Assembly (NCBI RefSeq): GCF_001194135.2
Contig: NC_068988.1
Location: 46,033,154-46,066,604 of the forward strand
Direction of reading: 5' to 3'
DNA from: Octopus bimaculoides
Lineage: Eukaryota
DNA length: 33,451 nucleotides
Both the position numbers and the translations under genes were made by a program. Below, one piece after another: positions 22,455 to 33,451 of this stretch (positions are counted from its first letter, which is position 1; each line of letters opens with the position of its first letter). Below the pieces are notes generated by a model. It had not been told where the DNA came from. It saw nothing but the letters and a program-made list of their open reading frames with translations, and did no database searches.

Positions 22455-22574
22455 AATAATAATAATAATAATAATAACAACAACAACACTGCATTTATCA
22501 TCAACATCATCTTCATCATAATCATCATCATCATCATCATTATTATTATTATTATCATTATTATTATGATGGTG

Positions 22575-22606
<32 letters not shown>

Positions 22607-22612
22607 CTATTT
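22455..22612. repeat. Compound trinucleotide microsatellite (AAT)n(AAC)n..(CAT)n(TAT)n
   Basis: Direct reading. Confidence 0.95.
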
Positions 22613-22807
22613 TATAGTGCTACTTTTTATTCTCCCTTCNNNNNNNNNNNNNNNNNNNNNNNNNNNNNNNNNNNNNNNNNNNNNNNNNNNNNNNNNNNNN
22701 NNNNNNNNNNNNNNNNNNNNNNNNNNNNNNNNNNNNNNNNNNNNNNNNNNNNNNNNNNNNNNNNNNNNNNNNNNNNNNNNNNNNNNNNNNNNNNNNNNNN
22801 NNNNNNN

Positions 22808-22853
<46 letters not shown>

Positions 22854-22941
22854 CGTTGCTTATATGTAAATATATATATATATGTATATATACATATATA
22901 CATAGATACATACATATATATATATGTATATATACAAACAT

Positions 22942-23006
<65 letters not shown>

Positions 23007-24499
23007 AAACAAAAGGTAAAGGGATTAATAAATCCAGGCAGAGATGCGTGTGTGTGTGTGTGATATGCAATGCTTCTCAGTCCACATTCTCATGCATTTT
23101 TCTTTCACTCTTTATTTCTTTCCTCAAGAGAAGCTTTTCTTAGCAACTACTGACTCTGCTATATATTTGTTTATTTTCACTTTCTTTATCATCAATTTTA
23201 AATAAAAGCTATTTAGCTGCCATGTTTGAACTATATACAGTGGCCATCTTTTTTGACATCAGCTTCCAGGAAGGAAGAAAGTGTCTGCATATCTCTTCCA
23301 TTTCACATTACAATTGTCAAGTTGATGTGAAAGGAAAACTGATTTTGAATTTTTTCATACATCTTTTCTCCACCACCATTTTTCCTGATAGATTTTCCAT
23401 TTTGCCTCCTATCATTTTGTCCTCTATTCCCTCATTTTCAGAGAAAAAGAACACATTGTCAAAGCATTTCAACCTTTTTTTCAATATGTAGTTTGTTATT
23501 CTTTTTTTTTTTTTCAGTGGCAGAGTTTTCTGAGAGTGTACCCACTTGATTTTTTTCAGGTGATTGGGTGGTAGGGCAGGAAAAGAAACTCCCCACCCTA
23601 TATTTATTAGTGATGTTTGAAGGGTAGATGGGAGTATAGAATATAGATAGAGAGGTTCTGATTTGGCATTTATGTTGATTCCCAGTCTTAAGCACACTGA
23701 ATACATAATTGAAAATATGAATACATATGAATAAATCGATAATGATATGAATAACCAAAGAAATAATTTAGTAGATAAATAAACGTTAACATATGCTCAT
23801 GGGGAATACTTTCTTTGAGAATTATGTGTGTATCAAATCATTGGGATACCAAAAAGTACAAAACATACAAAAGAAAAAGAAAATGAAAATTATTTATAAA
23901 ATGATTGAGATTATGCAACTGTTGGTTTGAGACTCTGGATTACTGACCGATCGGTTGGATGTTCAAAAACTTGTTATAACTAAGATTCATTACTCTGCCT
24001 TACCCAGTAAATTTGATTATGATTAGAATTGATAGATTAGCCTTTTGCTAAAAAATTTTCTCCAGTCCTTTTATTGTATTTGTGTACAATATATTTAATC
24101 TGCATGTCCCACATATGACAAGCTGATGTCAGCTATCACTATTTCATAGGTATATCATTTAAATCAAACATTTTCAAAACTCCTTATGCTAATGTTTATA
24201 TGGAAATTGATTGTAAAACAGTAAATTATATGAATAAAAGTTATACAAACGCTTTCTATCAACATGCATGAAACACAATGACAGATGTAGCACATAACCC
24301 ATAATTACAGGATTTGTATAGCTCATTCCATCATTATGCCTTTCAAAGCTATTAATCATTGAAATCATTGTTCTTTACAGGAATATTGCCACATTGGGGG
24401 GTCTACATCTTACACTGCCCTTAAAGCACAACAATACTACAAATATCAGATCAGGAGTCTCACTTATAGATTTAAACTGAAGTAGCCTGGGGGTCGTCA

Positions 24500-24655
24500 T
24501 ATCATTCCCTACACTTGACTTGTACTTTATATTATTTTATTGACCATGAAGGGCTGAAAGGAAAATTTGACAAAGGCAGAATTTGAACTCGAAGTATAAA
24601 GGGCAGTGATTAATTATAGCATACATTTTGCCCAATGCACCAATGATTCTGTCAA
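24500..24655 (-). mobile_element. Diverged Nin-like SINE
   Basis: ttttattgaccatgaagggctgaaaggaaaatttgacaaaggcagaatttgaactc is the reverse complement of the 6110-6175 type core. Confidence 0.6.
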
Positions 24656-26240
24656 AACTATATGCAAAATGTTATCATAGTTGTATAGTTAGCAGGTAGA
24701 AGAATAATATTTCTTCAATTCCCATCAACCCGTTCTGTTAACTCACCTGAATCTACCCTGATTCTATGATTCGAGCTTCCAGTTTTAAAGTGATCTAAAT
24801 CGAAACCTTTCATCAAAATTTCATGTTAATCTATGTTCCAAACACCAGCTTGATAATGACAAAATTATTTTCATAAATTCTTCATTATGTTCAAAATTGA
24901 CAAGAAAAAATGGAAGAGTATTTTGACATAGATATAGTTATGAGAGGATTCTTAACAGCTGAAATTTCATGTCTTAATTGATCCCTCCTAAAGGAAATAT
25001 ATTGATTTTCATGGGCAATAGCTTTAAACAATAAATATACCATCTTTTAAATGTTTCTCTTTCTAGTTATCTACAAATTAGGTGCATTCAAAATAGTCAT
25101 GCTACAATTACGTCTCTTCTCAATTCACTTAGAAAATCAATGATGAAATTTTATCGATAAATTCTTAATGTGCTTACTGTGATAAGCAAAGCTCTGAATT
25201 AGTTAGGGACCATATGTTTTGTATTGTAAGCATTTGGACTGCATTCAGAGACCCACATAGCATGTTGAATCATAGCACAATCGTTGAAAGTTTCTTATTA
25301 TGTGGATTATCATTTCAAGCTGCTCCCACTGGATGATTTCAACAAAGCAATGGTGTTGGAAGGGTTTAACAGGATCTAGTGACCTGGAAGATTTTGCCAA
25401 ACTCAACTGTCTGCTTTGGTATGGTTTCTACAGCAGCTGGATAACCTCCTGAATGCTTTTTCATGCACTATTGAGGCCACCAAGTAACTTGTGGAACAAA
25501 AGAAAAGAAATCCTAACTCAAGTGAGTGGGATTGTAGAAGTAGAAGAGGAGGTAGCATTATGTCATTTACAGAGAGGCATAAGTGTCTTATTATAGAATG
25601 CATACAGGGCTATCTCACTTCATATAGGAGTGGTTGGGAGTAGCTGAAAAGATGTCTAAGATGACGTGTCTGAGAGTACAAGAAGGTGAATGTAAGGGAC
25701 AATATGAACTGAANNNNNNNNNNNNNNNNNNNNNNNNNNNNNNNNNNNNNNNNNNNNNNNNNNNNNNNNNNNNNNNNNNNNNNNNNNNNNNNNNNNNNNN
25801 NNNNNNNNNNNNNNNNNNNNNNNNNNNNNNNNNNNNNNNNNNNNNNNNNNNNNNNNNNNNNNNNNNNNNNNNNNNNNNNNNNNNNNNNNNNNNNNNNNNN
25901 NNNNNNNNNNNNNNNNNNNNNNNNNNNNNNNNNNNNNNNNNNNNNNNNNNNNNNNNNNNNNNNNNNNNNNNNNNNNNNNNNNNNNNNNNNNNNNNNNNNN
26001 NNNNNNNNNNNNNNNNNNNNNNNNNNNNNNNNNNNNNNNNNNNNNNNNNNNNNNNNNNNNNNNNNNNNNNNNNNNNNNNNNNNNNNNNNNNNNNNNNNNN
26101 NNNNNNNNNNNNNNNNNNNNNNNNNNGGGCAAGATATATACAAAGACTGAGATGAAAACAACTGATAGAAAGACACGCACACACATATCCATCCATCCAT
26201 CCATACATACATACATACATACATACATACATACACACAT

Positions 26241-26402
26241 ATGATGGGTTTCTTTCAGTTTCCATCAACCAAATCCATTCACAAGGCTTTGGTTGGCCTG
26301 AGGCTATAGCAGAAAACACCTGCCCAGGGTGCCATGCAGTGGGAATGAACCTGGAACTATGTGGTTGGAAAGCAAGCTTCTTACCACACAGCCATGCCTG
26401 TA
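26241..26402 (-). mobile_element. SINE family A, 5' half (gap nearby)
   Basis: Matches the reverse complement of 13645-13800. Confidence 0.85.
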
Positions 26403-26944
26403 CAATTAATGTCCAATTAAATGTAATAAAATTTTGCTCATAATTGTTGATACAAAGTAATGTGAAAATAAACTCGACATTGATAGCAATGAAACACTAC
26501 TTTCTATTTTCATCTGGACAGATATTTATCCCTTGAAATTACACAGAAAACACTGAATGAAGTGTTTAAATGTCTTTTTTTATTTTTCACATCCTGAAAA
26601 TTTAAAATACTGTCATTAAATTAATTTATTATGATTTTGATTGAAAAAAAAATTAAAATGTATTAATGAATTAGGAAAAATCTTTTTTACTTGATACATT
26701 GGTGTTCAAAACAAAATCTAAAATCATTTCAAGAAACAATTATAAAGTTAGTGGCATTTTTTTTGAAAATGTACATTTAAATGATAAATACTTTATTCTC
26801 ATGGGACAACACAGTTATGTGTACATTGTTATACAAACTGAACAATATTTCAGTAAAAACATATTTAAGTACACTGCTATTACTAAAATAAAATTCATTC
26901 CCCAGAAAACAAAAACAGAGAAAACCTTATCACGTGATTTTCAC

Positions 26945-27237
26945 TTATACTCTTTTACTTGTTTCAGTCATTTGACTGTGGCCATGCTGGAGCACCACCT
27001 TTAGTCGAGCAAATCGACCCCAGGACTTATTCTTTGGAAGCCTAGTACTTATTCTATTGGTCTCTTTTGCCGAACCGCTAAGTTACGGGGGGACATAAAC
27101 ACACCAGCATCGGTTGTCAAGTGATGTTGGGGGGACAAATACAGACACACAAGCATACACACACACACATATATATATACGATGGGCTTCTTTCAGTTTC
27201 CGTCTACCAAATCCACTCACAAGGCTTTGGTCGGCAC
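26945..27237 (-). mobile_element. SINE family A, young copy truncated by an assembly gap
   Basis: High identity to the reverse complement of about 13750-14040, with CpGs intact. Confidence 0.9.
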
Positions 27238-28870
27238 NNNNNNNNNNNNNNNNNNNNNNNNNNNNNNNNNNNNNNNNNNNNNNNNNNNNNNNNNNNNNNN
27301 NNNNNNNNNNNNNNNNNNNNNNNNNNNNNNNNNNNNNNNNNNNNNNNNNNNNNNNNNNNNNNNNNNNNNNNNNNNNNNNNNNNNNNNNNNNNNNNNNNNN
27401 NNNNNNNNNNNNNNNNNNNNNNNNNNNNNNNNNNNNNNNNNNNNNNNNNNNNNNNNNNNNNNNNNNNNNNNNNNNNNNNNNNNNNNNNNNNNNNNNNNNN
27501 NNNNNNNNNNNNNNNNNNNNNNNNNNNNNNNNNNNNNNNNNNNNNNNNNNNNNNNNNNNNNNNNNNNNNNNNNNNNNNNNNNNNNNNNNNNNNNNNNNNN
27601 NNNNNNNNNNNTATAATGTTTTTTTTCACTATTATTATTACTATTATTATTATTATTATTATGATTATGATTATGATTATCATTATTCATACATATTGAA
27701 GTCATGAATAACAATTAGCTGCGGTTTAAGGAAACAACTTCTATTTTTTAATTATGTTTGGCTGATTCAGTCTGGAAGGACTATACTATGCAAAGCTAAC
27801 ACCATTTTGCTCCGTTTCATGCAATACTAAAATAAAACAAAGCAAAAGATACTATTATCAGACAGTGATACAATATTTGTGATGTCAGTGTGCTAGAATG
27901 TGGAGCCCATGTAAAAGAGCCTAAATATCAGTAAAATATATTGTAGTATGTATCTTGACAAAGAAAATATTTCTGTTTTTCTTGTCTCAGTGATCAGTTC
28001 ATTATAGAATAGTATCCAACGATATAGAAATGCCTGCATTTGTGAGAACTATTTTTGCTGTCAAATTTGTTAGAAAAAGTGACAAAAGAGATTTAATGAC
28101 TAAATTACTAACAAACTTCAAACATTGACCATAACATTTAGATATTTTTTTCCCTTTCCAAGAAGACCAGTCAGGGAGGAACATTGTTTTTAAACAAATC
28201 TTCTAAACTGGTATAAAGATTATCTATCAAGGGAATTTAAATTATTTAATTGAAAATGTCTACTGCTTATCTTTCCTACAAGTAATAAATTCATTAAAAT
28301 CCAAGTAAATATTAGTAATAAAATTTTTGGTTTTGTTTTATTTTTCCTTAGGGGAGAAAAAAAAATGATTAATTTATAAGTTTTGAACTAGAGTCTGTTT
28401 ATGTTTTTGTCCTGAAAAATTAATTTCACTGCTTACAATAAAAAGAAAAAAGTTTCTCCTTTGTAAAGACACATACACACATATGCACACAGCACAGACA
28501 CACAGACATAGATACACAAACACAGACACACACGCACACACACACATACATGAATACTCACACACACGTACACATACATACATACATATATACATACATA
28601 CAAATATATATGTTTGTATATTTAAAAAAATCAGCTTCATTGAAAATAGTTTACTTATTAATTAGCTAAGATTGTTCAAAGAATACATTTTTATATGCTG
28701 ATTTCTAATATATGGAATACTCCACTAATTCAGAGGGAAGTGGTATAAGAAAATGAGACATTCATGTCTTTGAATAAGCCTGATCCCCTCACACATCACC
28801 TTACTTTATTATCTATTAGCATTTTTTGTTTTGGCCCTGCAATATATATATATACATACATATATATATT

Positions 28871-28903
<33 letters not shown>

Positions 28904-29839
28904 GTAATGTATATAAACTTATTTTCTTAGATTCTAGTTATTTCCATTACTATTAAGGATGTAATTTATGTTAATTCGCTCTAAGCAAGAATCATAAGGA
29001 TATTATGCACTAAGATTTTTAAAAGCTTACTTGTTAGATTTTTAATACATTTTGGTATATGTGAAATGTGGATACTGTAGACATAGGTAAAGAGTCAATA
29101 ATGCTAAAATATAAAAATGTCTTCTTTGGAGCTTGTTTCTTTCTCTCCTTTCTGTTATTTTATTTGTCCACATATTTAATGCATGTATTTTCACACTGAC
29201 AGATATCTGGGACTTCAGATATTCCAGATGTACAAAAGTAGTTAATAGTTTGATCATCTATGAAATGAAGCTCATGACTTATACAGATGGCTCATAAGTA
29301 TAGTCAGTAAATTCTGTTATTCAGGCAATCAACCCAATGCTATGGTAAGAGCTGAGATGGAAGTATAATTCCCAGAATAAGAAAAAGGGATGAAGAAATG
29401 TAGAGATCATTAACCACTATTAGAAATGCTGCATGATCCCAAGAGGGAATCTCTACATGGGAATTTAACCTGCTAAAAGTAGCAGCCAAATCACCTCCTG
29501 GATCTTACACTAACATTTTAAAGGAAGATAGGAAAAATATATTAGACAATGTAGTCCTAGATATACTACATGTGGATTAAATTCAGGATGGTAATAACTG
29601 AAACATATTTGATCATGAATCTGCCGAAATGTAAATTTATCTGGAGCTAAATCTGAACAATGAAGGTCACAGTATTCATATGAAAATGCAGACTGAGCGA
29701 CACATGCATGTGAAGTGTGATACTGTAAGTTTGTGAAACATGGGTGTTAAATGTAGTATATCAATGAAAGCTGGAAGGAAAAACAATGTGTCTCATTCAT
29801 TGGATATATAATGTTTTGAAGACAGAGAAGAAATAAGCA

Positions 29840-30090
29840 TCTCTCTTTACTCTTTTACTCTTTTTTAGTTGTTTCAGTCATTTGACTGTGGCCATGCTGG
29901 AGCACCGCCTTTAGTCAAGCAAATCGACCCTAGGACTTATTCTTCTGTAAGCCTAGTACTTATTCTACCAAATTCACTCACAAGGCTTTGGTCGGCCCGA
30001 GGCTAGAGAAGAAGACACTTGCCCAAGGTGCCACGCAGTGGGACTGAACCTGGAAGCATGTGGTAAGTTACTTACCACACAGCCACTCCT
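29840..30090 (-). mobile_element. SINE family A with an internal deletion
   Basis: Head and tail both match 13645-14045; the central block including the (TA/TG)n is absent. Confidence 0.9.
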
Positions 30091-31769
30091 ACTAATATAT
30101 GCTAGAGATATGTGATACATGATGAAATAAGAGAATGAGAATGTTAGTGGAAAAAGAGCTTGGGCTGTTACTGAAGGAAAACTGAAGAAATAGTGATGAG
30201 ATTTGATCATGGGATGTATGGCCTTGAGATGAAATGTCGAAAAGTGGAGATACATAGTTATGCTCTGTAGATCTAGTTATCCCAACCCATGCTTATATAG
30301 AGAACAACTTCTAACACCTTTCCTTACACTATAATTATCGTTGCCAATAATGATAGTGGAAAATGCATTAGAATGACATACTTTGAACTGTTCATTAGAA
30401 ATTGCAATATATCTCAGTGCAGAGTGGTCTCTGGACAGATTGAAGCAAGACATACTTGGGTTGTAAGATCTCTGCATTACTTATACAGTAATTAATTAAT
30501 TAACAGCATACCACAGTCTACTTAAGTTGAGCTTATTGAAGCTACCATATAACAATATCGACAATTAAAATAACCACCAACAATTTCATCTACAATAATC
30601 AGTACCTTTACTACATCCATACAAAATACAGATAATCGTGTTAACATGACCTAAACAAGGGAATATCACTGCTATAGAAAAACAATAACAATATAAAAAG
30701 AAATAATTAGATAAACAAAATCAATGTGAACGAATAAGAACATTTCCCTTTCCATCATTATCAACAGACAAAATCTCCCCATCTCCACACATAAAAACGC
30801 CTATTGTTAAAGTGGATATTAATTCTTTAGAGTACAAAATCTTATGATGGCACTTAGCACAATAAAGATTTGATACCAAGTGAAAGACTGTTGATGACAT
30901 GATTAAATTTTACCCAAATCAATATTTTAGACATCCTGTATGACCGAGATGCAATACCTGTGGCCTGCATCTATTTATTGAATTAGCGATCTCTCTGCCT
31001 AAGGCTTAGTCTAGAAGAGGCTACCACAATGCAGCAGAAACAACCAACATTAGTGAAATAACCTTAGATATTTCTTCTACAGCTATCAATGCCAGCTGCA
31101 GTATTAACTCCAGCATAACAACAACATCACTACTACCACCATCTTTAACAAGGAAGAATCAAAATCTATTTTCTAAAAGTGACAAAAGAATGCAAATTTC
31201 ATAACAGAATCTTTGGCTAGTAAAATCACCCACATACACAAATATATATTTCTTTGAATATAAAATATATCACTACCGTGTTGTTGATTCACTGGAACAA
31301 AGAAAACATCAAATTTATCTTCCTGCCATGAATAATAATACCTGAAGAATTCTGAAATTACTTTGGACCAAAACTAAACATTTCAGCAAGCAGAAGAATT
31401 TTAATATGATTTCAATTTCATGAGACCAGAATCTATTATATATACTACCATTTTCATTACGATGTTAGATTAATAAACTTCGTTGAAATTGCTAGTTCTA
31501 TCTCAAACAAAGTAACAATGAATCTCTTGTTAATTGACTCCTGTTCTTTATTTTTCTTTGGTACCACACATAAAAGGGGTTTGATAGAGATGGAGCAGCA
31601 AGTAGCAAGGTGGAAGTAATTTCAGGAGTGGTTATCACTGTTGGCAATAAATGTTTTTTTTTCTTCTCCATTCACTCTTTCCATCTCTCATTCTCTCTCT
31701 ATTCTTTTCCAACTAACTTCTTTTGTCCTCTCACTCTTTGCAATGCACAATCTCATTGATGCATGATTA

Positions 31770-31990
31770 AAAGGTGTAGCAGTGTATAGCATTGTGGTAA
31801 GGACCTTTAATGCAGAATATCAGCAGATCTAACAGAGATAAAAAAAAATTGGGCATAATTTGTTGGATGTGTAATGTAACTTGGAGAAAAGGATGGGTGA
31901 AAATGAACAGAAAGAGTGTGGATTTGTGGAAAAGAGAATGCAGGGTGCAGTGGCTGCAAGGCTTTGCATCTGTAGTGCTTAAAAGAATGA
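31770..31990 (+). mobile_element. Possible old RTE-like RT C-terminal remnant
   Basis: TFNAEYQQI*QR*KKLGIICWMCNVTW resembles the RTE motif TW.L.AED..RL.R.E..M.RWMCNVT. Confidence 0.4.
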
Positions 31991-32124
31991 AACCTGTTAG
32001 ATATAAATGTACTATGTACTAACAGTGACAGGATATATCTGCTGCCCAGGTTAACACCACTATCTTATGTTTTGATGGCTTTAGTGGAGTCAGTTTGTTA
32101 TAAAGATTTGAAGCCTACTACATG

Positions 32125-32530
32125 GCCTTTTTACCTTTCACTTGCTTCAGTCACTGGACTGCAGCTGTGCTGGGACACTGCATTGATGTGTTTAGTCAGA
32201 CAGACTGATCCAAGTGTGTTATTTGTTAAAGCCTGGTACTTACTCGATCTATGAGGAGTCATGCGAATGTTAATAAACCAACACTGGTAATCAAGTGCTG
32301 AAGGCACAGCACAAAGAAAATCATGTGCACACACATATGCATGCTTGCACACATACACGCATGTGCATGCACACACACGTGCACATATAGCACACATCAG
32401 GCTTCCTCAAAGTTTCCATCAACTAAATTCACTTACAAGACAGTTGTCAGCCAAAAGCTATAACAGAAGACACTTACCAAAGATGCCATGCAGAGAAACT
32501 GAGTCCAATACCACAAGGTTGTAAAAGGAA
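32125..32530 (-). mobile_element. Strongly diverged SINE family A-type copy
   Basis: cttgcttcagtcactggactg..aagcctggtactta..(CA)n..aagtttccatcaactaaattcacttacaag..agaagacactt follows the same block order as the other copies. Confidence 0.7.
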
Positions 32531-32589
32531 TGGCTCCCTATTACAGCAAAGCTCTGACAGCCAGGACGTACAAGGACCACATAACTTAA

Positions 32590-33451
32590 ATACAGGGATC
32601 TAGCACCCACAAAAGAAAGTGCCGCTCTAAGGGCCTTTGGTTTGCCGCATCCTTCTCACTGAATGTCAAAACCTGGATATAAAGGGTCTTCATGAGATTA
32701 ATAGATAGGAATTCCACACAGTATCGGAGATTATTCAATCGGCATAACTTAAGAGTTTCATTCAACTGTGCGCCTAATATAAAAATGATATTGAACATTC
32801 AAAAACTCTGCAGAGAGACAGGATGCTCATGTAGAATTAAGAGTGAATACGCAGTAGATGGTCGATGTAACACTGAGGCTGTGGTCTACGAAGCAGAGGT
32901 AGTGTCCGACAGTAGCAACATCAGCAACGGAAGGACACAAAGAAATATGTTGGAGGAAATGGAGGTCACAGTTAAGGCCAGGTTAAATAACCATAAATCT
33001 TTTTCTAGAGTTTTGGAGAGGGACAGCGTTACATTAGCCAACTATATATGGGGATTTAAAGAAGAAAGAACTCAATACAAAATTTACTGGAAGCTGCTAG
33101 AACAACCTGATCCATAACTCAACAGAAGCAGATGGAACAACTTTTGCTTGTTGGTGAGGGCAACAGTCCTAAAAACATCACACGATTTGGGTACTTTGAA
33201 TTTAAAAATTTTTAGCCGATGTCTTCATGAAAGAAAATTCGACTTGAAAACATGGTCTTCCCTGTTTCCAGATTGGAGAATGGAAAAATTATACAGAAAC
33301 TGACTCATTCTGACACAGCTGAAATCATTCAAAGGGAGGTAACTCTTTTTCCTCTCAGAATGTCTCTTTTCGTTTCAGTGTACTTTTGCCAACAAACTGA
33401 ACAAAAGTGTATATTCACCTCAATTAGTGAAGAGGCTATATTCTTCTGGCC
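32590..33451 (+). mobile_element. Penelope-like element (Naiad/Neptune-type architecture): RT thumb, Cys linker and GIY-YIG domain, pseudogenised, plus 3' region
   Basis: One frame from 32590 to 33303 with two internal TAA stops (32680, 33115): RK..KGLWFAASFSLNVKTWI*RVFMRLID..RRLFNRHNLRVSFNCAPNIK..CSCRIKSEYAVDGRC..VVYEAEV..KARLNNHKSF..TLANYIWGFKE..IYWKLL..FCLL..LN..RCLHERKF. The YIG motif itself is degraded. Subgroup assignment is from recalled motifs. Confidence 0.85.

Noticed and set aside
25610-27714. Long ORFs of 144-234 aa
   Set aside because: They are open only because they cross N gaps.
1-33451. CRISPR array, operon or prokaryotic defence system
   Set aside because: No repeat-spacer array or dense gene organisation; the sequence is eukaryotic repeat-rich DNA.

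Overview
AT-rich, microsatellite-dense animal genomic DNA with five N gaps. The repeat families resemble ones I recall from Octopus, so the species is inferred, not proven. I recognise no intact host gene, RNA gene or CRISPR array. Almost all ORF-track entries are microsatellite, gap or antisense artefacts. The window is mostly decayed mobile elements: two Penelope-like (GIY-YIG) remnants, three R4/Dong-like LINE fragments, RTE-clade LINE 3' ends, a DD37D (maT) Tc1/mariner remnant, a mariner MITE and many tRNA-derived SINEs. The best signal is a 307-bp insertion (21187-21493) flanked by a 15-bp target-site duplication inside a SINE. It carries a minimal type I hammerhead ribozyme motif plus a 57-bp inverted arm that could sequester the cleavage site. 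A second hammerhead-like core is cut off at the right edge, downstream of a Naiad/Neptune-type Penelope ORF. Most element boundaries are approximate, and all homology calls come from manual translation and recalled motifs, not database searches.
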